In this document: positions 6,846 through 15,384 of the stretch, one piece after another
Layout: each line of letters begins with the position of its first letter
How positions within the stretch are numbered: the first letter of the stretch is position 1
Source of the DNA: Acaryochloris marina S15
GTDB lineage: Bacteria > Cyanobacteriota > Cyanobacteriia > Thermosynechococcales > Thermosynechococcaceae
Assembly (NCBI RefSeq): GCF_018336915.1
Contig: NZ_CP064923.1
Span: 2,130,001-2,162,000 of the forward strand
DNA length: 32,000 nucleotides
Direction: 5' to 3'
Position numbers and translations under genes: made by a program
Notes under the pieces: generated by a model
What the model was told of the DNA's origin: nothing
The model's input: only the letters and a program-made list of their open reading frames with translations
The model's database searches: none

Positions 6846-9800
6846 CTAGGCTGAAGTGCTTTTTGCAGGGATAGCAGCAGGTTGCGGGAAACAGATTTGG
6901 AAGGATGTCCCTGATTCTCGGTTGACGGTTAGGTTTCCTGAAATCTGTCGAGTCAAGGTTTTTACCATTCGCAATCCCAGGGTTTTGGAATGGGTGAAGG
7001 ATACCTGCTCGGGCATTCCGATCCCATTGTCGGTAACCGTTAGTGTGATCTCTGATTCGGGTTGTTCCAGGATATGGATGGTGATTATTCCACTACTTTG
7101 TTCTGGAAAGGCATGTTTGAGGGCATTGGAAACCAATTCGTTGATAATTAGGCCACAGGGGACTGCGGTATCAATGTCGAGATAGATATTGGCAATCCCA
7201 ATGTTGATCTGAGTGAGGCTGACTCTAGAGCGATAGGAACGCAAGAGGTTGTTCGTTAACTCTTTGACGTAAGTTTCTAGATTGATTTTGGAAAGATTTT
7301 TAGACTGGTAGAGATTCTCATGGACTAATGCCATGGATTTTACTCGATTTTGGCTCTCCTGCATCACTTCTGAAATATTAGTGTCAGGGTTTGCCTGAGT
7401 TTGAAGATTGAGCAAGCTACAAATGACCTGCAAGTTATTTTTGACTCGGTGATGAATCTCTTGTAGCATCACACTTTTTTCGGCCAGAGATTCAGATAGC
7501 TGCTGCTCAGAGACTTTGCGAGCACTGATATTTTGGATCTGAGTAATAAAGTGGAGGGGAAGGCCATTATCCTGGCAGACCAAGGAGGCACTGAGCAAAA
7601 TCCAAACGTCATGCCCTTGTTTGTGGATATATCTTTTTTCCGTATGGTAATTGTTAATTTCTCCTGTCAGCAGTTGCTCCGCTGATTTTAGGTCTAAAGC
7701 TAAATCATCTGGATGGGTAATGTCTTGGAACGTCATGGAGAGTAATTCAGCTTCTGAGTAGCCGACGATGTTGCAGAGGGACTCATTGGCCTTGAGCCAT
7801 TGACCGGCGGGTGAAATCAGGGCCATGCCAATCGCAGCTTGCTCAAAGGCGAGGCGAAAGCGTTCTTCACTTTCGCTGAGGGCGACTTCAATGCGATTTC
7901 GTTCTGTGACATCCACTGACACCGCCAGGGTACGAATAATGTTGCCGCTGGTATCTCGTTCTGCGATCGCAGACAACAATACATCAATCAACTCGCCATT
8001 TTTCTTCACCCACTGGTAAGGGATATCTCGGCAGGCACCCTTTTGAAAATATTGGGGTAGAACGAAATCACGGGCATAGTGTTGGGATGCTGATGTCAGA
8101 AAATCCGTCGAGGCTCGCCCCAACACTTCACTGCGGTCATAGCCCATTTGGGTCAGCCACGTATTACTGACACTGACCACTCTGCCGTCTTGGTCAATCG
8201 AGTGCAGCATGATTGGCGTGTTCTCATAGAGAGACCGATATCGAGCTTCACTAACAATGAGAGCCGTTTTTACCTGAGTCTGCTCACTAATATCTCGCTG
8301 AATCACCAGAATATGGGGGGATACACCGATTTCATCTGTAATCATCGAATAGGCACAATCGACAAACAGAGGCGATCCATCTCGACATCGGAATTCCAGG
8401 GTGTAGCGCCAATGTCCCTCCTTCAGCAAAATTTGCAATAATTGGGTATCAGTTAGGGGAGGAGCCGTAACCCAAAATTGATTTAAAGAACGATTCAAGA
8501 GTTCTGCTTCGGCATATCCCGACTTTTCCAGGACAGCAGTGTTAACTTGTTGAATCATGCCGTGCTTATTCAACACAAAAAGTAAATCTGGCGCAGACTC
8601 AAATAAAGATCGGTATCGATGCTCACTCGCTTGAAAAGCTGCCGTACTGAATTTGACCCGTTCTTCTAGTTCCTGATTGAGCTGTTGGAGCGCGAGTTCT
8701 GTTTGTTTGCGATCGCTAATATCCTCAACCACTGCAATAAAATAGTCAGGCTCTCCTGGAGCTGACGTGGCCAACGAGACCGTAACCTTTCCCCAGAAAA
8801 TAGAGAAGTCTTGGCAAAGGTAACGTTTCTCACGGGAAAAAGAAGACCTTTGGGACAAGATCAATTGTTGAACCAGCCGTTGGTCTTCTTCACGATCATC
8901 CACATGGGTAATATCCAGAAATGAAAGCTGCAACAATTCAGATTGAGAATATTTCAGCAACTCACAAAATCGCTGATTGACGGCGCGAAACCGGCCTTGA
9001 AGACTGACATGGGCAATCCCTACAGCAGCCTGTTCAAACGTTGATTCAAAGTGAGTTTGGCAAGATTGCAGCATCACCGCATCTGCTTCCACCTGATGCT
9101 CTAAAGTGGAATTGAGGGCTTGCAGAAGCTGAATTCTCTCATTTTGGAGCTGATCAACTTGGTCTTGCAAGATCTCTAAAGTCGTATACATATCAGAGCC
9201 ATTCAGCACGGATAGCATATTGCTTTGGGTGAGAACACCTGTTAACTGCCCAGCGGTATCTATCACCACCAGTCGTCTCACATGTAGCTTCTGCATGAAT
9301 TGCTGAGCGTGCCACAGGGTATCTTCAATGGTCAAACATTCTAAGGGACTGCTCATGACTGCCTGGGCCTGGAGAGATTTTAGGTCCAGTTCTAGAGTCT
9401 GATACTGAACAATATCCCTTTCAGTGATAATGCCAATCGGATAAAGAATGGAATCAGCATCTTGAACGTCTGTTTGGACAATCACCACACAGCTAATTTG
9501 ATGGGTGGCCATTATCTCTGCCACTTCCATCACAGAAGTTGAAGGAGAAGCCGTAATCGGTTGGGCATTCATTACTTCATGAACGGCCCGCATTTTCATT
9601 AATGTGCTGGGTTGGAGAGACTTCCGTAATCCCTCGGTTGTTATAACGCCAGTCACATGGGCTTGATCGTCGAGAATGGGGACATGACGAATATGATGTT
9701 GACGAAATAGACTGAGAACATTGAACGCATCCTTTAACTCAGAGGCTGGTAAGGTGATCAAATTCCGAGTCATCACATCAGCGATTTGGACAGCGTCAAA

Positions 9801-10100
9801 GTCTATCTCTTGAGCGCTTAACTTCACCACATCTCGTTCAGTAAAAATCCCTAATAATTGTTGCTGAACCATGATCAGCACATAGTTAACACGCTGGGGA
9901 GCTTTAGCCTCGAGAGGCTCAGATCCGGCCGCACAGGAGTCCGAACCCTGATTCATGCGGTTCAAAACGTCTCGTACAGAGGTATCGGGGGTACAAATAA
10001 GCGGATTTTTATCCACGGATTGTTGAAGAGCAACAATTCCAGATACTGGACAGGATAGGTTCCTCTCACCAATAGATATTGGATTTAACTGATTCGTCAT
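6846..10100 (-). CDS. multi-sensor histidine kinase: 4 CBS motifs (two Bateman modules), coiled coil, about 4 PAS domains, HisKA_2-type DHp and HATPase_c
   Basis: CBS-like repeats occupy the first ~300 aa (GIFTERDVVK, VTGVITTEGL, IGIITERDIV, LTGVLTQSNM). PAS repeats each end in DIS/T-ER-K/N linkers. The DHp is EIHHRVKNNLQVICSLLNLQ, and the ATPase shows NELVSNALKHAF, DNGIGMP and LGLRMV. Confidence 0.9.
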   Translation of the reverse strand: MTNQLNPISIGERNLSCPVSGIVALQQSVDKNPLICTPDTSVRDVLNRMNQGSDSCAAGSEPLEAKAPQRVNYVLIMVQQQLLGIFTERDVVKLSAQEIDFDAVQIADVMTRNLITLPASELKDAFNVLSLFRQHHIRHVPILDDQAHVTGVITTEGLRKSLQPSTLMKMRAVHEVMNAQPITASPSTSVMEVAEIMATHQISCVVIVQTDVQDADSILYPIGIITERDIVQYQTLELDLKSLQAQAVMSSPLECLTIEDTLWHAQQFMQKLHVRRLVVIDTAGQLTGVLTQSNMLSVLNGSDMYTTLEILQDQVDQLQNERIQLLQALNSTLEHQVEADAVMLQSCQTHFESTFEQAAVGIAHVSLQGRFRAVNQRFCELLKYSQSELLQLSFLDITHVDDREEDQRLVQQLILSQRSSFSREKRYLCQDFSIFWGKVTVSLATSAPGEPDYFIAVVEDISDRKQTELALQQLNQELEERVKFSTAAFQASEHRYRSLFESAPDLLFVLNKHGMIQQVNTAVLEKSGYAEAELLNRSLNQFWVTAPPLTDTQLLQILLKEGHWRYTLEFRCRDGSPLFVDCAYSMITDEIGVSPHILVIQRDISEQTQVKTALIVSEARYRSLYENTPIMLHSIDQDGRVVSVSNTWLTQMGYDRSEVLGRASTDFLTSASQHYARDFVLPQYFQKGACRDIPYQWVKKNGELIDVLLSAIAERDTSGNIIRTLAVSVDVTERNRIEVALSESEERFRLAFEQAAIGMALISPAGQWLKANESLCNIVGYSEAELLSMTFQDITHPDDLALDLKSAEQLLTGEINNYHTEKRYIHKQGHDVWILLSASLVCQDNGLPLHFITQIQNISARKVSEQQLSESLAEKSVMLQEIHHRVKNNLQVICSLLNLQTQANPDTNISEVMQESQNRVKSMALVHENLYQSKNLSKINLETYVKELTNNLLRSYRSRVSLTQINIGIANIYLDIDTAVPCGLIINELVSNALKHAFPEQSSGIITIHILEQPESEITLTVTDNGIGMPEQVSFTHSKTLGLRMVKTLTRQISGNLTVNRESGTSFQICFPQPAAIPAKSTSA

Positions 10101-10208
10101 CCGTAGATAGCTTTTCCCCCTGGTTAGTCATTTTTATTCGTTTTAAGATAAATATGACCTGATCCATCTTGAAAGCCTAAATTTATTGGCCCTAGATATA
10201 TCTTATGC

Positions 10209-12347
10209 CTATTCAGAACAAAATTTAAAAGCTTGTTCACGCACTAATTTATCGACTTGTTCGCTCGTTAACGGTCGATCAAAGTAATATCCTTGCCCAT
10301 ATTCACAGCCCAAACTTTGAACAGCAGCGAGCTGTTCCGCGGATTCGATGCCCTCTGCAATCACATCCATCTTTAACGTATGGGCAAGCACCACAATCGT
10401 GCGGACAATCTCTACCCGATCAGCATTGCGATCGATATACTGAATAAAAGAGCGATCCACTTTTAGGGTGTCAATGTCATATTTATGCAAATAGCTGAGG
10501 GAGGAATAGCCCGTCCCAAAGTCATCGATATGAATGCGAAGGCCCAATGTTTTTAACTCCGATAAAATTTGGGCCGCAGACTCAGGATTCTCAATTAAGG
10601 CACTTTCTGTAATTTCTAGCTTCAGGCTAGTCGCTGGGCACTTCGTTTCCGTCAGGATTGCGGCAATTTTTTGGACTAAATCGGGACGCGAAAAATGACG
10701 ACTGGAAAGATTGACGCTAACGTCTAACGTTCGCTCTGGGGGAAGTTGATCTTGCCACTTTCGTAACTGTTGGCAGGCTTCGCGGATAGCCCACAAATCT
10801 AAGGGCACAATCAGTCCGGTTTCTTCCGCCGTGGGGATAAACATTCCGGGTGGAATTAACCCCTTCTCTGGGTGTTCCCAGCGGGTTAGGGCTTCAAACC
10901 CAACAATCTCTTGATCCTGCAACGAGACGATGGGTTGGTAGTGCAACGTTAATTGCTGGTCCGTGATCACCCGCCGCAAGTCATTTTCTAGGGTTAATTG
11001 CCCTTTGACTTGGGTATGCATCACCGCATCAAAAACGGCATAACAGCCTTTGCCATTGGTCTTGGCCTGATACATGGCAATATCTGCATCCCGAATCAAT
11101 TCTTCGGCGAGAGCATATCGAATATTGCTTTGGACAATGCCAATACTGGCCGAATTAAATAGATCGTAGTTGCCTAGCTCGTAGGGCGCACCCAATTCAC
11201 GGTTGATCCGTTCTGCTAAGGTACAGACGCTATTAACATCTGCAATTTGCTCCAACAAAATTGCGAATTCATCCCCACCAAATCGAGCGACAGTATCGGT
11301 TGGGCGCAGGCATTTCTGCAACCGTTGAGCAGTGGCAATCAACAACTTATCGCCTACGGGATGTCCCAAACTATCATTGACCATTTTGAATCGATCTAAA
11401 TCGACAAACAGTACTGCAAACTCATGATTGACATATCGTTTGCTCATATTGATTAAGTGCTGAAGCCGATCCATAAATAATTCGCGATTGGGCAAATTTG
11501 TTAATGAATCATAGTAGGCATGGTGAAAGAGTTGTTGGTTGGCTTCTAGACGCTCGGTAATATCCCGAAAAACAATGACTGCTCCATGGGACTGGTTTTG
11601 GTCGTCAACAATAGGGACCGCACTATCATCAATGGGAATTTCTTCTTGGTTTTTGGTGATCAAGTAGGTGTTGTCGGGCAAAACCACCTCTTGATGTTCT
11701 CGCAAGACTTGCTTGAGCGGGTTTTCTAGAATATTTTTGGCAGTGCCCGTAATCAGCGGAATCACATCGCTAACATCTTTGCCTAGAGCCTCGGCTTGTT
11801 GCCATTGGGTAATCGACTCAGCCACACGATTCATATAGGTCACCGACCCCTGATTATCCGTTGCTACCACAGCATCTCCAATGCTGGCAAGAATAGTGTG
11901 TAGCCAGGTTTTTTGCTGTCTAACTTCTTGATCGAAGTGATGTTTGTGGAGGGCAATTTCAATGCTGGTCCGCAGATCCATGGGATCAAAGGGTTTAAGA
12001 ATATAGCCAAAGGGTGAGACCTGTTTAGCCTTGTTGAGGGTGTCTGCATCCGCAAACGCGGTTAAAAAAATAATGGGGATGTCGAGCTTGTCGGTAATCT
12101 TGGCCGCCGCTTGAATGCCATCAATGTTCCCTTTTAAGCGAATATCCATTAACACTAAATCGGGCTGTGCTTCCAGGGCCAAGAGAATCGCATCGGCACC
12201 GGTTTCGGCAATTCCAGGGACTTGATAGCCTAAATCGATTAAGTGACTTTCGATATCTAGGGCAATCAGTCCTTCGTCTTCAACCACCAAGATTTTGGCA
12301 GAGACCACGGGCGCAGGTCGTTTTTGTTGAGACAGAAGAGAAGACAT
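10209..12347 (-). CDS. response regulator REC-PAS-GGDEF-EAL (c-di-GMP synthase/phosphodiesterase, all catalytic motifs present)
   Basis: REC motifs: ILVVEDE, PDLVLMDIRL, ILKPF. The GGDEF site is intact, with an RxxD I-site five residues upstream (RPTDTVARFGGDEF). EAL motifs are all present: YQPIV, GFEALTRW, LEITES, DDFGTGYSSLSYL, KVDRSF, EGIES, GQGYYF. The start lies 9 nt downstream of the preceding kinase stop. Confidence 0.92.
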   Translation of the reverse strand: MSSLLSQQKRPAPVVSAKILVVEDEGLIALDIESHLIDLGYQVPGIAETGADAILLALEAQPDLVLMDIRLKGNIDGIQAAAKITDKLDIPIIFLTAFADADTLNKAKQVSPFGYILKPFDPMDLRTSIEIALHKHHFDQEVRQQKTWLHTILASIGDAVVATDNQGSVTYMNRVAESITQWQQAEALGKDVSDVIPLITGTAKNILENPLKQVLREHQEVVLPDNTYLITKNQEEIPIDDSAVPIVDDQNQSHGAVIVFRDITERLEANQQLFHHAYYDSLTNLPNRELFMDRLQHLINMSKRYVNHEFAVLFVDLDRFKMVNDSLGHPVGDKLLIATAQRLQKCLRPTDTVARFGGDEFAILLEQIADVNSVCTLAERINRELGAPYELGNYDLFNSASIGIVQSNIRYALAEELIRDADIAMYQAKTNGKGCYAVFDAVMHTQVKGQLTLENDLRRVITDQQLTLHYQPIVSLQDQEIVGFEALTRWEHPEKGLIPPGMFIPTAEETGLIVPLDLWAIREACQQLRKWQDQLPPERTLDVSVNLSSRHFSRPDLVQKIAAILTETKCPATSLKLEITESALIENPESAAQILSELKTLGLRIHIDDFGTGYSSLSYLHKYDIDTLKVDRSFIQYIDRNADRVEIVRTIVVLAHTLKMDVIAEGIESAEQLAAVQSLGCEYGQGYYFDRPLTSEQVDKLVREQAFKFCSE

Positions 12348-12356
12348 AAATTCTTG

Positions 12357-13808
12357 CTAATAAGAAGGTTGAGGGAAATGGATATTAAATGAGGTGCCAG
12401 TTCCTCGACTAACGGTTAAGGTGCCTGAAATCTGTCGAGTTAGGGTTTTGACCATCCGGAGTCCTAAGGTTTGGGTTTGTTCTACATTGATCTCATGGGG
12501 GAGTCCCATCCCGTTATCGGTAATGGTTAGGGTGATAGACTTTTCTGTGTTCTGAGTGACCTTGACCTTAATTTCTCCGCTCTCCTGGTCGGGAAACGCG
12601 TATTTGAGGGCATTGGAGACCAGTTCATTGATAATTAAGCCGCAAGGCACTGCTGTATCGATGTCGAGGTAGATACTGGCAATGGCAACGTGAATCTTGA
12701 TCTGGCTCATTTTAGAGCGATAGGACCGCAATAGATTGTTGGTTAATTCTCTAACGTAGGTTTCTAGACTGATTTTGGAGAGATTCTGAGATTGATACAG
12801 GTTTTCATGGACTAGGGCCATGGATTTCACTCGATTTTGGCTCTCCTTCATAATCTCAGTGATTTTTGGGTCGGGACTGCCTTGAGTTTGGAGATTAAGC
12901 AAACTACAAATGACCTGTAAGTTGTTTTTGACTCGATGGTGAATCTCTTGCAGCATCACGCTTTTTTCCGCTAGAGAATCTGCGAGCTGTTGTTCGGCAT
13001 ATTTGCGAGCACTAATATCTTTGTGAGTGCCCGACATCCGTTCGGGTGTGCCGTCGGCGTTTCGCTTCACGACTTGGCCGTAGGTCGCCATCCATTGCCA
13101 TTCTCCGGATTTTGTCAGGAATCGATAGTCGTAGGTGTAGGGTTCGCTGTTTTGTAAATGCCTGTCCAGTACCTTGGTAACGCCAGGCTTATCTTCTGGA
13201 TGGATCAAACTTTCCCAAGTACTCACATGGCCAGGAAGTTCCCCCACTTCATAACCCAGCATTTCTTCCCATCGAGGACTGTAGAAGACTTCACCCGTTA
13301 CGATATTCCAATCCCATAAACCATCCCCAGAACCCGAGAGGGCCATTTGCAGTCGTTCTTCGCTCAATTCCAGGGCTTGAGTTCTTTCTTTGACACGCTC
13401 TTCTAGCTGGGCCTTGGCGTGCTCAAGTTCTTCTCGGCTGGGTAAAAGAAGGGCTTGGGGAATAACAGGAATTAGGGCACCTGCTGTGGCTAGTGAAATG
13501 ATGGCTGTGGAGGCCTTAAGTACGCCGGATACCCAATAGATAGGATGCCAGAGTGTCCAGATCTCCATGATATGGGTGAGGCCACAGGTCACAATAAAGG
13601 CCCCAAAGAGCTGAAAAAGCCAGGGATAAGGTAAATCTTTGCGCTGGCGAACAAAGTGGATCAACGCCAGCGGAATTGAAAAATAGGCAATCGCAATTAA
13701 GGCATCCGAAGCAACGTGCAGCCCGACCAAACCAGGGTCCCACAGGTAACAATGCCCATGCGGTATAAGGGCAAAATGAATGAAATGGTCTTGGCTCCCC
13801 CCCGACAT
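12357..13808 (-). CDS. histidine kinase with an ETR1-like ethylene/copper-binding transmembrane domain, PAS, HisKA_2 and HATPase_c
   Basis: Residues 34-80 (SDALIAIAYFSIPLALIHFVRQRKDLPYPWLFQLFGAFIVTCGLTHI) align without gaps to Arabidopsis ETR1 24-70 as I recall it, with 29 of 47 identical. This includes the Cu/ethylene ligands: Cys75 (13586-13584) matches ETR1 Cys65 and His79 (13574-13572) matches His69. Three TM helices are followed by a coiled coil, a PAS domain (WDWNIVTGEVFYSPRWEEMLGY), EIHHRVKNNLQVI and the ATPase. Confidence 0.85.
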   Translation of the reverse strand: MSGGSQDHFIHFALIPHGHCYLWDPGLVGLHVASDALIAIAYFSIPLALIHFVRQRKDLPYPWLFQLFGAFIVTCGLTHIMEIWTLWHPIYWVSGVLKASTAIISLATAGALIPVIPQALLLPSREELEHAKAQLEERVKERTQALELSEERLQMALSGSGDGLWDWNIVTGEVFYSPRWEEMLGYEVGELPGHVSTWESLIHPEDKPGVTKVLDRHLQNSEPYTYDYRFLTKSGEWQWMATYGQVVKRNADGTPERMSGTHKDISARKYAEQQLADSLAEKSVMLQEIHHRVKNNLQVICSLLNLQTQGSPDPKITEIMKESQNRVKSMALVHENLYQSQNLSKISLETYVRELTNNLLRSYRSKMSQIKIHVAIASIYLDIDTAVPCGLIINELVSNALKYAFPDQESGEIKVKVTQNTEKSITLTITDNGMGLPHEINVEQTQTLGLRMVKTLTRQISGTLTVSRGTGTSFNIHFPQPSY

Positions 13809-14180
13809 TTCTATTCTCCTGACGAAAGATATCGCTAAAAACTCTGCAATATGATGCTTATAGTATACTTTGCTACCTTTAACCCCAAATATTCTGGAAT
13901 TCTAGAGATATATCCCATAGGATTACAGGTCGAAGTCTATAAGGCACCCGTATAAATACCTAATACACTAAGTATGTTGCCAGTTCATCAGTAGGACGAC
14001 CACTGTACATCTACTGAAATCATTTTCGTGAAACTTTTGTCAGCAGAGTGCTTCGGTCTCTCATCGGTGATGAGATCAGCAACCTAAGTAATATTACGGA
14101 TCTTGCTGCACTTGGCCCTTTTATCAAGGTATGGAGGAAACAACGATGAAAGAAAATGATGGTGTTTTTTCCTCTATTCC

Positions 14181-14220
14181 ATTAAAAACCGGGTTCCTCT
14201 TTGATCAGAAAAACCCGGTT
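14181..14220 (-). terminator. rho-independent terminator downstream of the VOC gene
   Basis: AACCGGGTT (14187-14195) and AACCCGGTT (14212-14220) are exact reverse complements around a 16-nt loop. On the minus strand the stem runs into a five-T tract, formed by its last two T plus TTT. It lies 18 nt after the stop at 14239. Confidence 0.6.
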
Positions 14221-14238
14221 GTGTTGAATGAAGGGTAC

Positions 14239-14607
14239 TTAGTGAGAATGACTGGTTGCAGGGACTTCTGCGGGTTGTAATAAGCTCAAAAGGTTGCCAT
14301 CTGGGGTTCGCATGGCAGCAACTTTGCCAAATGCTGGCTCTCTAACCCGACCTTCAAGTTGTGCACCTAACGATTCCAGAGTTGCGATCGCACCATGTAC
14401 ATCTTCCACATGAAAACTCAAAATAGGTGAATCACCACCCGCTGATTCACCAGCGGCATGTAGCGCAATGGTGGTTCCGTCGGCATCTAGCTCAGCCCAG
14501 CCGGGGGTTTGCATTTTCACTTTCAATCCCAGCCCTTCTGAGTAAAACTTCACGGTTGCTGGGATGTCTTTGACCATGAGCATGACATGTTTAAATTCAG
14601 CGGCCAT
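14239..14607 (-). CDS. VOC-family (glyoxalase/bleomycin-resistance/dioxygenase fold) protein
   Basis: The 122-aa protein begins FKHVMLMVKDIPATVKFYSEGLGLKV and shows the paired beta-alpha-beta-beta-beta pattern (LHAAGE...ILSFHVEDV...). Confidence 0.75.
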   Translation of the reverse strand: MAAEFKHVMLMVKDIPATVKFYSEGLGLKVKMQTPGWAELDADGTTIALHAAGESAGGDSPILSFHVEDVHGAIATLESLGAQLEGRVREPAFGKVAAMRTPDGNLLSLLQPAEVPATSHSH

Positions 14608-14773
14608 AATATTTGTTTCCTAAACGCCAATCACTGATCATGGTGACATTTTTTCAATCAATCGTGGCAATGCTATACCGAAGATTCTGCATCTCATTAG
14701 ATGCTTGAACGTTCTGAGTGATACATGTTCAGAAACTCAAAGTTCATGGGTTGCCAAAGGTCATACCCACTGC

Positions 14774-15328
14774 TCAACTATTGTCTCGAATAACGCTACA
14801 AGGATTCCCTACAGCCACCACGTTTGCAGGCATACTTTTGGAGACCAGACTACCCGCACCAATCACCGTATTTTCTCCAATATCAACCCCCGGCAAAATA
14901 ATTGAACCCCCTCCAATCCAGGCATTGGCACCGATGGTGATGGGCTTAGCGAACTCATACCCTTGCAATCGCTTAGCATTATTCAAAGAATGCCCCGCCG
15001 TATAGACCTGAACATTGGGGCCAAATTTCACGAAATCCCCGATGGTTACCACCCCACAATCTAGAATGACGCAGTTGAAGTTCAGATAGACATTCTGCCC
15101 GAGGACAAGGTTATAGCCATAATCCAAGAAAAAAGGCGGCTCAATATAGCAATCCGTTCCGCATGAGCCAAACATTTGAGCCAAACCCAGCAATTTTTCA
15201 GGGCTACACCCTGGTGTTGAATTGAACCCATGACATTTGGCATGAGCCAGCGTTCTTTCCGTTGCCAACTCAAAATCAGAAGCAATGTAATCCGCTCCTG
15301 CAAGCATTTTCTGTTTTTCACTTAGCAT
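14774..15328 (-). CDS. maa: maltose/galactoside O-acetyltransferase family (left-handed beta-helix, hexapeptide repeats)
   Basis: It is colinear with E. coli Maa as I recall it: EKQKMLAG, YIEPPFFLDYGYNLVLGQNVYLNFNCVILD, ITIGANAWIGGGSIILPGVDIGENTVIGAGSLV and VVAVGNPC. Confidence 0.82.
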   Translation of the reverse strand: MLSEKQKMLAGADYIASDFELATERTLAHAKCHGFNSTPGCSPEKLLGLAQMFGSCGTDCYIEPPFFLDYGYNLVLGQNVYLNFNCVILDCGVVTIGDFVKFGPNVQVYTAGHSLNNAKRLQGYEFAKPITIGANAWIGGGSIILPGVDIGENTVIGAGSLVSKSMPANVVAVGNPCSVIRDNS

Positions 15329-15384
15329 TTACAACGATTGGCTGAGGGCTAACAATTCGTAATTTATACAGCTAAGATCCAGAA

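Noticed and set aside
6856-10058. Plus-strand ORFs (6856-7185, 7825-8019, 8148-8441, 9858-10058) antisense to the CBS-PAS kinase. Similar antisense ORFs lie inside other large genes (1312-1560, 17248-17610, 21458-21700, 22181-22498, 23393-23674, 24630-25012, 25791-26281, 29177-29599, 29742-30146).
   Set aside because: All lie wholly within long, well-supported genes on the other strand, and none shows a recognisable motif.
13863-13876. A perfect NtcA-type GTA-N8-TAC palindrome 55 nt upstream of the ethylene-receptor-like kinase start.
   Set aside because: A 6-nt specification is expected about 8 times by chance in 32 kb. I also could not find a TAN3T -10 box at the canonical ~22-nt spacing.
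14131-14280. A small plus-strand ORF (44-49 codons, MKENDGVFSSIPLKTGFLFDQKNPVV...) with a strong GGAGG (14133-14137) 8 nt before ATG 14146.
   Set aside because: It contains the VOC-gene terminator hairpin and overlaps the last 14 codons of the convergent VOC gene. No family is recognisable. It is worth a ribosome-profiling check but is not supportable from sequence alone.
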